Source: Patescibacteria group bacterium
Lineage (GTDB): Bacteria; Patescibacteriota; Patescibacteriia; UBA2591; UBA6264
Length of the DNA: 64,000 nucleotides
Reading direction: 5' to 3'
Assembly: GCA_021735685.1 (NCBI GenBank)
Contig: JAIPGN010000001.1
Location: 111,669 to 175,668, forward strand
Part shown: positions 1-9,138 of the stretch, one piece after another
How positions within the stretch are numbered: position 1 is the stretch's first letter
Layout: every line of letters begins with the position of its first letter
Translations under genes and position numbers: made by a program
The notes under the pieces: generated by a model
What the model saw: only the letters and a program-made list of their open reading frames with translations
What the model was told of the DNA's origin: nothing
Database searches by the model: none

Positions 1-171
1 GTTAATTTTACCAAAAAGCAAATTGCCTTGGTTCTTAAAATTGACACTAATTTTGTGCCAGTAATGGAGTATTTTGAGATTTTTACTGAGCGAATGGCTT
101 ATTGTCGCAAGGCAGCTGAGTATTTGGGTTATAAGTTTGGTTTGATTGTGAATGGTTTTAAATTGTTGTAA
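1..171 (+). CDS. C-terminal fragment (56 aa) of an upstream gene cut by the window edge; product not recognised
   Basis: Open frame 1 runs from the window edge to TAA at 169-171 (...GYKFGLIVNGFKLL*). It lies immediately upstream of rbfA, as in nusA-infB-rbfA neighbourhoods, but the tail does not match an IF2 C-terminus. Confidence 0.3.
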   Translation, partial: VNFTKKQIALVLKIDTNFVPVMEYFEIFTERMAYCRKAAEYLGYKFGLIVNGFKLL

Positions 172-176
172 TTTTT

Positions 177-464
177 ATGGATTCTTTGCGTCAGAATAAA
201 ATTAATGAGTTAATTAAAAGGGAGTTAAGTGAAATTTTGATTAAAAATTTTGATTTTCCTTTAGATTGTTTGGTTACTATTTTAGATGTAGAAACTTCTT
301 CAGACTTGAGCAAGTCTAAAATATTTTTTAGTATTTTTCCCTTGGAGCAATCTTTGTCTGTTTTTAATCTTTTAAAAAAAGATATTGGGACTTTACAGAA
401 AGCTCTCAACAGGAGATTAAAAATGAAGGTGGTTCCTCATCTTAAACTTTATCTAAAGCAATAA
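177..464 (+). CDS. rbfA: ribosome-binding factor A
   Basis: 95 aa. Size and residue pattern (acidic/basic N-terminal helix, central 'S.DL...K.F' block, C-terminal 'VP.L.F..D') are typical of RbfA. It sits next to translation genes. Confidence 0.75.
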   Translation: MDSLRQNKINELIKRELSEILIKNFDFPLDCLVTILDVETSSDLSKSKIFFSIFPLEQSLSVFNLLKKDIGTLQKALNRRLKMKVVPHLKLYLKQ

Positions 465-466
465 AA

Positions 467-1807
467 ATGGATCATTTTTTAAAAAAAATTGTTAATCTTT
501 GCAAAAGGCGAGGCTTTGTCTTTCCTTCTTCTGAAATTTATGGTGGCTTTGAAAGTTGCTATGATTATGGCTTTTTGGGCACACTGTTAATTAATAATAT
601 TAAGCAAGAATGGTGGAAATCAATGACTCAGTATCGTGATGATGTAGTGGGTCTAGATGCAAGTATTTTAATGGCTCCGCAAGTTTGGAAAGCTTCTGGT
701 CACTTAACCGCTGGCTTTAGTGACGCTTTAGTAGAATGTAAAAAGTGTCATCATCGTTTTCGTTTAGATTATTTATCAGAAAATAAATGTCCAGATTGCG
801 GAGGAGAATTAACTCCGGAAAAGAAATTTAATTTAATGATGAAAACTTTTGTCGGTTCTGCAGAAAATGAAGCTGCTGTCACTTTTCTGCGAGGAGAAAC
901 TTGTCAAGGGATTTACATGAATTATCGTTCTCTAAGAGATAGCTTGCGTCTTAAGGTTCCTTTTGGGATTGCTCAAATAGGTAAGGCCTTTCGTAATGAA
1001 ATTAGCCCACGTTATTTTATTTTTAAAACTAGAGAATTTGAACAAATGGAAATGCAATATTTTGTTTCACCTCAACCCGAAAAGAAAGATCAATGGTTTA
1101 ATTATTGGAAAGAGGAGCGCTTAAATTGGTATTTAGGATTAGGGGTTAAAAAGGAAAATTTGCGTTTCCGGAAACATGCTGAAGACGAATTAGCTCATTA
1201 CGCCCAAAAGGCATTGGACTTGGAATACAAGTTTCCTTGGGGTTGGGACGAAATAGAGGGGATTCATGATCGAGGAGATTGGGATTTATCTAATCATAGT
1301 CGACATAGTGGGCAAGACTTAAGCTATCTTGATCCACAAACTAACGAAAGATTTATTCCTCATGTTATCGAAACCTCGGCTGGAGTGGCTCGTTCTTTTT
1401 TGGTTTTTATGGCGGAAGCTTATACGGAAATAGAGGGAGGAAGAACGGTTACTACTAAATCTAATAAGGAGAAAGAAGTTTTTTTGAGCTTTGACCCTCG
1501 TTTAGCGCCTATTAAAATAGCAATTTTGCCTTTAAGCAAGAAAGAGCCTTTAGTAAATTTGGCTCGCGAGATTCAAAAAAAATTAAGACAAAATTGGATG
1601 ACTCAGTATGACCAAAGCTCTTCTATCGGTCGTCGTTATCGTCGTCAAGATGAAATTGGTACTCCTTATTGCTTGACCGTTGACTTTGATAGTTTAGAAG
1701 ATAAAAAAGTTACAGTTAGAAGTCGAGACACAATGCAACAAGAAAGAATAGAAATTTCTCAATTAGTTGACTTTTTCAGAAAAAAGATGAACTCAGCTGA
1801 GAATTAA
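467..1807 (+). CDS. glyQS: glycine--tRNA ligase, dimeric class II type
   Basis: 446 aa. The N-terminus 'KRRGFVFPSSEIYGG' and class II motifs (FRNE, 'GIAQIGKAFRNEISP') match alpha2-type GlyRS. A zinc-ribbon-like insertion CxxC...CxxC is present. Confidence 0.9.
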   Translation: MDHFLKKIVNLCKRRGFVFPSSEIYGGFESCYDYGFLGTLLINNIKQEWWKSMTQYRDDVVGLDASILMAPQVWKASGHLTAGFSDALVECKKCHHRFRLDYLSENKCPDCGGELTPEKKFNLMMKTFVGSAENEAAVTFLRGETCQGIYMNYRSLRDSLRLKVPFGIAQIGKAFRNEISPRYFIFKTREFEQMEMQYFVSPQPEKKDQWFNYWKEERLNWYLGLGVKKENLRFRKHAEDELAHYAQKALDLEYKFPWGWDEIEGIHDRGDWDLSNHSRHSGQDLSYLDPQTNERFIPHVIETSAGVARSFLVFMAEAYTEIEGGRTVTTKSNKEKEVFLSFDPRLAPIKIAILPLSKKEPLVNLAREIQKKLRQNWMTQYDQSSSIGRRYRRQDEIGTPYCLTVDFDSLEDKKVTVRSRDTMQQERIEISQLVDFFRKKMNSAEN

Positions 1808-1911
1808 AAAAACGGGCGTTTTTTCGCCATTTTTAAAAAATGGGGCGGAAGTTAGCTCGGAGAGCGACTTCTGCGCCGAAAAAAAAGGGGGACTGTCCCC
1901 GATAAAAAAAT
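1808..1911. repeat. ~100-nt mosaic repeat element (copy A) ending in the palindrome GGGGGACTGTCCCC (1887-1900), followed by an A-run
   Basis: Direct homology (~75% identity by eye) to 26909-27023. It shares the blocks AACGGGC..TTTYTCGCCA..AAAAAA..GGCGG..hairpin..CTGCG..AAAAA-GGGGACTGTCCCCG-TAAAAAAAT. It sits between the glyQS stop and the M16 peptidase start. Confidence 0.55.
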
Positions 1912-3189
1912 ATGTTGGAGAAAAATTTAGCTAATGGTTTAAAATTAATTAAAGTCCCCTTAAAAAACACCAAAACAACTACTGTTTTGGTGCTTTTGCC
2001 TGTGGGCTCTCGTTACGAAGGTCCGGAATTGTATGGTGCCTCTCATTTTATTGAGCACCTGATGTTTAAAGGGACCAAAAAGAGACCCAATAATTTAAAG
2101 ATTGCTCGTGTTTTAGATGCTATTGGCGCTCAATTTAATGCTTTTACTTCCAAGGATCACACTGGTTATTGGATTAAATCGGCAGCTGATAAGGTAGAAA
2201 CTAGCTTTGACCTTCTCTCTGATATGCTTTTTCATTCGCTTTTTCATTCAAAGGATTTTCAACAAGAAAAGGGAGTGATTGTTGAAGAAATTAAAATGTA
2301 TCAAGAGAATCCTTTGTTTTATATTGAAGATTTTTTCGAACAAACTCTCTACAATGGTCATTCTTTGGGAAGAACAATTAGTGGGCGGAGCACAGATGTT
2401 CGAAAGATGAAATTATCTAAATTATTGAATTATAAAAATAAATTTTATCAACCTGGGCAAATGGTCGTGGCAGTGGCTGGACAAATAGACCAGAAGCAGA
2501 TAAATAGTTTAGTGAAAAAATATTTTTTTCCTCAGGAATCTCAAAAAAAGAAGCAGAATCAGTATTCAGCTTTTTCTGCTCCTTCAAACCCAAAAACAAA
2601 GGTTAAAATTTTGCGGAGAAAAATTAATCAAGCGCAAATTGCTTTGGGAGGATTGGGTTGCGCTTATCATGATCAACGCCTAGAAGCTTTAATGCTTCTT
2701 CTTATCATCTTAGGAGGGAATATGAGCTCTCGTCTTTTTAACGAAGTTCGAGTTAAGAGAGGTTTAGCTTATTTTGTTAAAGCCGACCTCGATCTTTATC
2801 AAGATGTCGGAAGTTATTCTATTAGGGCGGGAGTAGACAAAAATAAGGTCTTAGAGACCTTAGAAGTAATTGCTACGGAGTTGCACCGAGTCAAAAAATA
2901 TGGAGTTAGTTCTTCAGAGCTCAAAAGAGCTCAGGATTATTTTCAAGGGACAATGCTCCTTTCTTTGGAAGATCCTTCTTTGTTGGCTTCTTGGTATGCG
3001 AAGCAAGCTCTTTTTTCTTTGGAGAAAATTACTCCAGCTCAAAGGATTAAAAAAATTAAAAAAGTTAAAGCTGAGGAAATTCAAGATTTAGCTAATCATT
3101 TTTTTCAAAAAAGTAAAATTAATCTAGCTTTGATTGGCCCTTTTCAGAATCCAAAACCCTTCTTGCGGGTTTTAGAGAATAAAGTATAA
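1912..3189 (+). CDS. M16 family zinc peptidase (insulinase/pitrilysin-like)
   Basis: 425 aa. The inverted zinc motif HxxEH ('HFIEHLMFKGT') is near the N-terminus, and two M16 domains are present. Confidence 0.8.
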   Translation: MLEKNLANGLKLIKVPLKNTKTTTVLVLLPVGSRYEGPELYGASHFIEHLMFKGTKKRPNNLKIARVLDAIGAQFNAFTSKDHTGYWIKSAADKVETSFDLLSDMLFHSLFHSKDFQQEKGVIVEEIKMYQENPLFYIEDFFEQTLYNGHSLGRTISGRSTDVRKMKLSKLLNYKNKFYQPGQMVVAVAGQIDQKQINSLVKKYFFPQESQKKKQNQYSAFSAPSNPKTKVKILRRKINQAQIALGGLGCAYHDQRLEALMLLLIILGGNMSSRLFNEVRVKRGLAYFVKADLDLYQDVGSYSIRAGVDKNKVLETLEVIATELHRVKKYGVSSSELKRAQDYFQGTMLLSLEDPSLLASWYAKQALFSLEKITPAQRIKKIKKVKAEEIQDLANHFFQKSKINLALIGPFQNPKPFLRVLENKV

Positions 3190-3263
3190 TAGAGAAGAGA
3201 GGATTTGATTAATCTGGAATTAAAATTAGATTTTAAAATAATAATTAGAATAATTTTAGTTAT

Positions 3264-4295
3264 ATGTCTGCGGAAAAAATTACTATTATTAAGCCAGATT
3301 TTGGGTCAATTCTAAAAATAGTTGGCATTGGTCTTGGCCTTTGGGTTCTTTATTTGATTAGAGAAATTATTTTAATTGTTTTAGCGGCTAGTCTTTTGTC
3401 TACTATTATTTCGCCGGCAGTTAATTATTTAGAAAAAAAGAAATTGCCTCGTTGGTTGGGCGCTTTTTTTGTTTTTCTTGGCATTTTGGCAGTAGTGGCT
3501 TTAATTTTTTCAGCAATTGTTCCCATGGCTATTAGTCAAAGTAGGGTTTTTGTTCAGCAAATTCCCTCTATTGTTACTTCTTTTTTCAATAATCTCTCTT
3601 TAGAGATTCAGACTGAGCTGTCTGCTCTTTTAAAGCAATGGTTTGAAACTTCTCCTCTTGACGGACGGGTCGTTTTTTCTCTTTTGGGTAATGTGGCTGG
3701 CCAAATTTTTTCTTTTTTCACTATTTTAATTATTGCTTTTTACTTAACAGTTCGGGATCGGCAAAAAAACAAGACTTTTGTTTCTTTTTTGCCTCAAAAA
3801 TATCAAAAGTTTTTTGAAAGTTTTATCGATTCAACCAAAAAGCAAATTGGTGACTGGGGAAGGGGGTTATTGTTTCTTTCTTTGTTTGTTGGAATTTTAG
3901 CTTATCTTGGTTTATCAATTTTGGGAGTTAAATTTGCTTTAACCTTAGCTTTGATTGCGGCTTTAACCGAAGTTATTCCTTATATTGGTCCTTGGTTGGG
4001 AGCAATTCCAGCGGTGATGATTGCTTTTTTACAGTCTCCTACCTTAGCTTTGCTAGTTATTATTCTTTATATTGTTATTCAACAAGTGGAAAATGTTTTA
4101 TTAACTCCTAATATTATGCATCGGGCTGTAGGGCTTGATCCTTTGGTGATCATTATTATTCTTTTGATTGGCGGAAAATTAGCTGGTCCCTTGGGTATGA
4201 TTTTAGCTGTTCCTTTAGCTACCATTTGCTCTATCCTGATTAAGGAATATCAAAAATATCAGGAAACGGTTCCAAAAACAGTCTTTAAAGATTAA
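3264..4295 (+). CDS. AI-2E family transporter (PerM/UPF0118) membrane protein
   Basis: 343 aa and highly hydrophobic, with about 8 predicted TM segments. The C-terminal glycine-rich block 'IGGKLAGPLGMILAVPLA' is typical of the AI-2E family. Confidence 0.65.
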   Translation: MSAEKITIIKPDFGSILKIVGIGLGLWVLYLIREIILIVLAASLLSTIISPAVNYLEKKKLPRWLGAFFVFLGILAVVALIFSAIVPMAISQSRVFVQQIPSIVTSFFNNLSLEIQTELSALLKQWFETSPLDGRVVFSLLGNVAGQIFSFFTILIIAFYLTVRDRQKNKTFVSFLPQKYQKFFESFIDSTKKQIGDWGRGLLFLSLFVGILAYLGLSILGVKFALTLALIAALTEVIPYIGPWLGAIPAVMIAFLQSPTLALLVIILYIVIQQVENVLLTPNIMHRAVGLDPLVIIIILLIGGKLAGPLGMILAVPLATICSILIKEYQKYQETVPKTVFKD

Positions 4296-4318
4296 ATAAT
4301 TTTGAAGAATAAGTTTAT

Positions 4319-5326
4319 ATGTTTGTTAAAAAAATAGGAATAGATTTGGGAACCACTAATGTTTTGGTTTATCTTCCTCATAGGGGGATTGTAACTAATG
4401 AACCTTCGGTGGTGGCTATTTCTACCACTGATAAAAGTATTTTGGCGGTTGGTGATGATGCTAAGGAAATGATTGGGCGAACTCCTGACACCATTATTGC
4501 TAAAAGACCTTTAAAGGATGGAGTGATTGCTGATTACAAAACCACGGAGGCGATGTTGCGTTATTTCGTGGGCAAGGCAGTGGGCCGTTTTAGTTTTTTC
4601 CGTCCAGAAGTTATGGTGGCAGTACCCGGCGGAATTACTTCTACTGAAAAAAGGGCGGTAGTGGATGCAACTATGCGAGCAGGGGCAAAAGCAGCTTACA
4701 TTATTAAAGAACCAATTGCGGCGGCTATTGGCTCTAACATTCCTATCGGTTCAGCTTCGGGTCATATGATTATTGATATTGGCGGAGGCACTACTGAGGC
4801 GGCAGTTATTTCTTTGGGTGGGATTGTAGCTTGCACTTCGGTCCGCGTGGCTGGCAATAAATTGGATGCTGCCATTGCTAGCTTTGTTCGTAAAAAATAT
4901 AATTTAGCGGTGGGTGAGAGGACGGCCGAGCAAATTAAAATTAAGATAGGTTCAGCCCTGCCTCTAGAGAAAAAGATGAAATTAGATATTAAGGGCCGAG
5001 ATATGATTTTAGGTTTGCCTCGTATTATTACAATTAACTCTGATGACATTACCGAAGCGATTCAAGATGAGTTAGACGCTATTATTACTGCAGTTAAATC
5101 AGTGCTTTATGACACCCCTCCTGAGTTGTCTGCAGATGTGATGAGTAAAGGGATGGTCCTTTCTGGAGGAAGTTCTTTGCTTAAAAATTTAGACAAGTTA
5201 TTAACTGATGCTATTGGAGTGCCAGCTTATTTATCTGAAGAACCCCTTTTATCCGTAGCTAAAGGAACAGGCATGGCTTTGGACAATTTGGAATCATATA
5301 AAAGGAGCGTATCTTCTAATAAATAG
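4319..5326 (+). CDS. mreB: rod shape-determining protein MreB (actin homologue), copy 1
   Basis: 335 aa. Carries the phosphate-1 motif 'IGIDLGTTNVLVY', the 'DIGGGTTE' motif and the adenosine motif 'SGGSSLLKNLDKLL'. Confidence 0.9.
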   Translation: MFVKKIGIDLGTTNVLVYLPHRGIVTNEPSVVAISTTDKSILAVGDDAKEMIGRTPDTIIAKRPLKDGVIADYKTTEAMLRYFVGKAVGRFSFFRPEVMVAVPGGITSTEKRAVVDATMRAGAKAAYIIKEPIAAAIGSNIPIGSASGHMIIDIGGGTTEAAVISLGGIVACTSVRVAGNKLDAAIASFVRKKYNLAVGERTAEQIKIKIGSALPLEKKMKLDIKGRDMILGLPRIITINSDDITEAIQDELDAIITAVKSVLYDTPPELSADVMSKGMVLSGGSSLLKNLDKLLTDAIGVPAYLSEEPLLSVAKGTGMALDNLESYKRSVSSNK

Positions 5327-5391
5327 AAAAAAAGATTTATTCCCTTTTTTGTTGGGAATATAAGGAGAGAAAGATTATAATTTCATAAAGC

Positions 5392-6507
5392 ATGATTATT
5401 GGCATTGACGCCTCTCGGGCCAACCAAGAACAAAAAACTGGCGTGGAATGGTATTCTTATTATTTAATTGAAGAATTAAAAAAAATACCATTAAAATCAC
5501 AGGAGAAGATTATTTTATATTCTCCGCACAAGTTAAAGGGAAAATTGGGTGTTTTGCCTTCGGGCTGGGAGGAAAAAGTTTTATCATGGCCAATTGTTTA
5601 TTTATGGACACAGATTAGATTAGCCGGGGAAATGTTATTTCGCTCCCCGGATCTTTTATTTGTCCCCTCTTCAGGCCTTCCTTTTTTGCTCCCCAGGAAA
5701 AAAGTGATTACTGTTCATGATTTAGGTTTTAAACACTTTCCTGAATCTTATACTCTTTTTCAAAGATTTTATTATTTTTTGGTTCACTTTTGGTCAATTC
5801 GAATTGCAAGTCGAATCATTGTTCCTTCGGAATTCACTAAAAAAGATATTCAAAAGGAGTTTGGAATAGCAAAGGAAAAGATTAAAGTAATTCCTCTTGG
5901 CTTTCAACAACAAAATCGTAAAAATTTAAAAAAAGAGGTTATTAGTCTTTTGAACAAGTATGAGTTAAATTCGCCATTTTTTCTTTACGTAGGACGATTA
6001 GAAAAGAAGAAGAATATAGTTGGTTTAATTGAAGCTTATCAACGTTTTAGAAGGTCAACTTCGAAATCATTAATTCCAAAATTAATTTTGGTGGGGCGAC
6101 CTGGTTATGGTTATTCAGATATTCAAAAAAGCATTTTTTCCACTCCAGGAGTTAAAGAGTTGGGCTATCTGTCCTCTAAAGAATTATCTTTAATTTATTC
6201 TCAAGCTTTGGCTTTTGTTTTCCCTTCTTTTTATGAAGGTTTTGGAATCCCCTTACTGGAGGCTATGGCTAATGGTTGTCCAATTTTGTCTAGTTGGGCT
6301 GGTTCTCTGCCAGAAATAGGAAGAGATGCCGTTCTTTATTGTGATCCATTAAACTTAGATAGTATAACTCAGGGAATGTTAACTCTTTTTGAGAAGGAAG
6401 AGAAAAGGAAGGCTTTAATTAAAAAAGGTTATCAAAGAGTACAGTTTTTTTCTTGGAAAAAATGTGCCCAGGCCACAAAAAAAGTTTTATTTTCTTCATT
6501 AAAATGA
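5392..6507 (+). CDS. glycosyltransferase family 4 (GT-B fold, retaining)
   Basis: 371 aa. The C-terminal GT4 signature 'FPSFYEGFGIPLLEAMANGCPIL' (E-x7-E) is present. TGA stop at 6505-6507. Confidence 0.8.
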   Translation: MIIGIDASRANQEQKTGVEWYSYYLIEELKKIPLKSQEKIILYSPHKLKGKLGVLPSGWEEKVLSWPIVYLWTQIRLAGEMLFRSPDLLFVPSSGLPFLLPRKKVITVHDLGFKHFPESYTLFQRFYYFLVHFWSIRIASRIIVPSEFTKKDIQKEFGIAKEKIKVIPLGFQQQNRKNLKKEVISLLNKYELNSPFFLYVGRLEKKKNIVGLIEAYQRFRRSTSKSLIPKLILVGRPGYGYSDIQKSIFSTPGVKELGYLSSKELSLIYSQALAFVFPSFYEGFGIPLLEAMANGCPILSSWAGSLPEIGRDAVLYCDPLNLDSITQGMLTLFEKEEKRKALIKKGYQRVQFFSWKKCAQATKKVLFSSLK

Positions 6508-7469
6508 AAATTATTGGTCATCAAAAAATTATAGATTATTTGGTTAAAAGTGTTCATCGTAAAAAGCTGGCTCAATCTTATTTGTTTTGTGGACCAGCAC
6601 AGGTAGGAAAAAAAATGGTAGCCAAATATTTTGCAGCTACGATTCTTTGTGAACAAGAAGAGAATCCTTGTCTTCAGTGTGATTCTTGTTTACGAGTGGC
6701 TCAAGACGAACACCCAGATATTTATTATGTTCAGCCAGAAGAAAATAAGGAAATTATTGGCATTAATCAGATTAGATCTATGAAAAATGCCGCTATCTTT
6801 AGCCCCTTTTCTGGTTCGGCTAAAATTGTTATAATAGAGAAGGCTGATAATTTAAGTAAGGCGGCGGCAAATTCTTTGTTAAAAATTTTAGAAGATCCTC
6901 CTGATCGTGTTTTTATAATTCTTTTAGCTCAAGGATTGGCTAATTTACCTTCTACCATTTATTCTCGATGTCAAGTTTTAAGACTTAAGCCCCCCCATTC
7001 TTCAGAGATAATTTCTTTTTTGCAAGAAGAATTCAATTTTGATCAAGAAAAAGCTGAAAAAATAACAAGTTTATCTTGGGGTTTGCCGGGGCGGGCGATT
7101 AATTTAGTCAAAAATAAAGAGTTGGGTCTAAAAAAACAAGAAGAATTAATTTCTAAATTTTTATTTTTTCTAACCGAGAGAGACAATTTAGAAAATAAAA
7201 TAAAATTATCAGATTTGATATTAAAATCAGAGAGTCAAGAATCTTTGTTTGTTTTACTGCAAGTAGTTCGTGACTTTTATTTGATTAAAGCTGGATTAAA
7301 TTCGGCCACAGCCCTGAAAGAAGAGCAAAAAAAAAAATTAGCTCAAATGTATTCTTTTCTTGAGTTACGTCTTTTCGCCCAAGAGATTATGCGGGTACGA
7401 AATCAGTTAACTGCGCCTTTGAATAAAAAATTATTAATTGAAAATTTGTTTTTTAATAACTTTACTTAA
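6504..7469 (+). CDS. holB: DNA polymerase III delta-prime subunit (clamp loader)
   Basis: 'MKIIGHQKIIDYL...SYLFCGPAQVGKK' is an AAA+ Walker A with the characteristic G-H-Q/E start. A zinc module 'CLQCDSC' is present. The start was chosen at the internal ATG forming an ATGA overlap with the GT4 stop. The ORF track's longer 5' extension overlaps the upstream gene. Confidence 0.7.
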   Translation: MKIIGHQKIIDYLVKSVHRKKLAQSYLFCGPAQVGKKMVAKYFAATILCEQEENPCLQCDSCLRVAQDEHPDIYYVQPEENKEIIGINQIRSMKNAAIFSPFSGSAKIVIIEKADNLSKAAANSLLKILEDPPDRVFIILLAQGLANLPSTIYSRCQVLRLKPPHSSEIISFLQEEFNFDQEKAEKITSLSWGLPGRAINLVKNKELGLKKQEELISKFLFFLTERDNLENKIKLSDLILKSESQESLFVLLQVVRDFYLIKAGLNSATALKEEQKKKLAQMYSFLELRLFAQEIMRVRNQLTAPLNKKLLIENLFFNNFT

Positions 7470-7480
7470 ATTTATTTAAT

Positions 7481-8536
7481 ATGATTTTTAAAAAAAATAT
7501 TTTAATTTTTCTTGTTCCTCTTTGTTTAGTTTTGGTTACAGCCTGCACTTCTAAGCCTCAGTATGGAGGGGGAGTTTTTAAAACTTTAGATGCTGGAAGT
7601 TCTTGGCAGCAAAAAACAAATGTTTGCGTTTTAGAAAACGAAAATAGAATTTTAGATCGGGTTGACGTCAATGTTTTAATTCTAGACCCTCAAGATCACC
7701 AAACTCTTTATTTGGGAACTAAAAGAAATGGCCTTTTTGTTAGCACCGATAGGGCTGAAAGCTGGGGAAAGTTGAGGAGTTTACCTAAAGGAGAGATTCA
7801 TGCCATTGCCATCCATCCTCAAGCTAAACATATTATTTTTGTATCTCTTGATAATCAGGTTTTTAGAAGTATAGACGCGGGTCGGACTTGGGAAATTGTT
7901 TACCTAGAGGCTTTACCCAAGGTTTATGTTAAAAAAATCTCCATTGATTCTTTTTCCCCAGAAAGAATTTATCTTGGCCTTTCTGATGGTCGTTTGATTC
8001 GGAGCGAAGATGAAGCTTTTAGTTGGGCTACTTTAAATAATTTTAAAGATAGTATTGAAGGGGTTTTAATTAACGCTGTCAGTCCTGAAAGAATTTATGT
8101 TGCCACTGCACAAAAGGGTATTTTTCGGTCAGACAATATGGGACTAGATTGGATTTCTTTAAGTGATTCTTTAAGTGATTATAATGGAGCAAAAAAAGTA
8201 TCTAAAATTTTATTTCAATCTTTCGATCCAGAGATTCTGGTCGCCTCCAGTAATTACGGGCTTTTAAGCACTAATAACCAGGGGCAAACCTGGCAAGACC
8301 ACAAATTGTTAACTGATTATGGAGATTTAAAGATAATTTCCTTTGATGTTCATCAGAGTAATCCTCAGATTATTTATTATACGGTTAAGGGAAGGAATTT
8401 AGTTTTTCAGTCTTTAGACGGAGGAATGAATTGGACTCCTAAATCAGTGCCTACCAAAAATCAATTATCAGCAATAATTATTGATCCTTTTAATCCTTAT
8501 CTTCTCTATTTGGGTTCAAATTCGGCCGAGAATTAA
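7481..8536 (+). CDS. lipoprotein with BNR/Asp-box repeats (Ycf48/sortilin-like beta-propeller)
   Basis: The signal peptide plus lipobox 'LVLVTAC' is present. At least 7 S-x-D-x-G-x-(S/T)-W repeats are visible (TLDAGSSW, STDRAESW, SIDAGRTW, SEDEAFSW, RSDNMGLDW, STNNQGQTW, SLDGGMNW). Confidence 0.6.
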   Translation: MIFKKNILIFLVPLCLVLVTACTSKPQYGGGVFKTLDAGSSWQQKTNVCVLENENRILDRVDVNVLILDPQDHQTLYLGTKRNGLFVSTDRAESWGKLRSLPKGEIHAIAIHPQAKHIIFVSLDNQVFRSIDAGRTWEIVYLEALPKVYVKKISIDSFSPERIYLGLSDGRLIRSEDEAFSWATLNNFKDSIEGVLINAVSPERIYVATAQKGIFRSDNMGLDWISLSDSLSDYNGAKKVSKILFQSFDPEILVASSNYGLLSTNNQGQTWQDHKLLTDYGDLKIISFDVHQSNPQIIYYTVKGRNLVFQSLDGGMNWTPKSVPTKNQLSAIIIDPFNPYLLYLGSNSAEN

Positions 8537-8581
8537 AGACATAAATTTATAATTTATTTATTAATTTATTTTTTTAGTCAT

Positions 8582-9133
8582 ATGGATTTCATTAAGAATA
8601 ATCAAGAAAAATTTACTAAAGTTGTCGATTTTCTAAAGAAGGATGTTCAAAGTTTGAGAACTAATCGGGTTAGCACAGAATTAGTGGCGCCTATTTTAGT
8701 TGAAGCTTATGGAGTTAAAACGAGATTGGATCAGCTGGCCTCTCTTAGTATTCCTGAGCCTCGTTTGATCTTGATTCAGCCTTGGGACAAAAGCATTTTT
8801 AAAAACATTGAACAAGCCTTAATTAAAGCTGAAATCGGGGTTATGCCAGTGATTAGCGATGGCTTTATTCGTTTAAAAATGCCTTCTTTAAATGAAGAAA
8901 GCAGGAAACATTTAGTAAAAATTTTGCACGAGAAGTTAGAAAATAGTCGACGAAATTTACGAGGAATTCGAGATGAGGTTAAGGAGGAAATTGTGAATGC
9001 GGAAAAAAACAAAGAAATCAGCGAAGATGACAAGTATCGTTTTTTCGACGAACTTGACCAGACAACCAGAGAAGAGCAAGAAAAAATTAAAGAAATCGGA
9101 GAGAAAAAAGAAAAAGAAATTATGGAAATTTAG
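8582..9133 (+). CDS. frr: ribosome recycling factor
   Basis: 183 aa. The block 'LIQPWDKS....IEQAL' and the coiled C-terminal half are typical of RRF. Confidence 0.9.
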   Translation: MDFIKNNQEKFTKVVDFLKKDVQSLRTNRVSTELVAPILVEAYGVKTRLDQLASLSIPEPRLILIQPWDKSIFKNIEQALIKAEIGVMPVISDGFIRLKMPSLNEESRKHLVKILHEKLENSRRNLRGIRDEVKEEIVNAEKNKEISEDDKYRFFDELDQTTREEQEKIKEIGEKKEKEIMEI

Positions 9134-9138
9134 TATTT

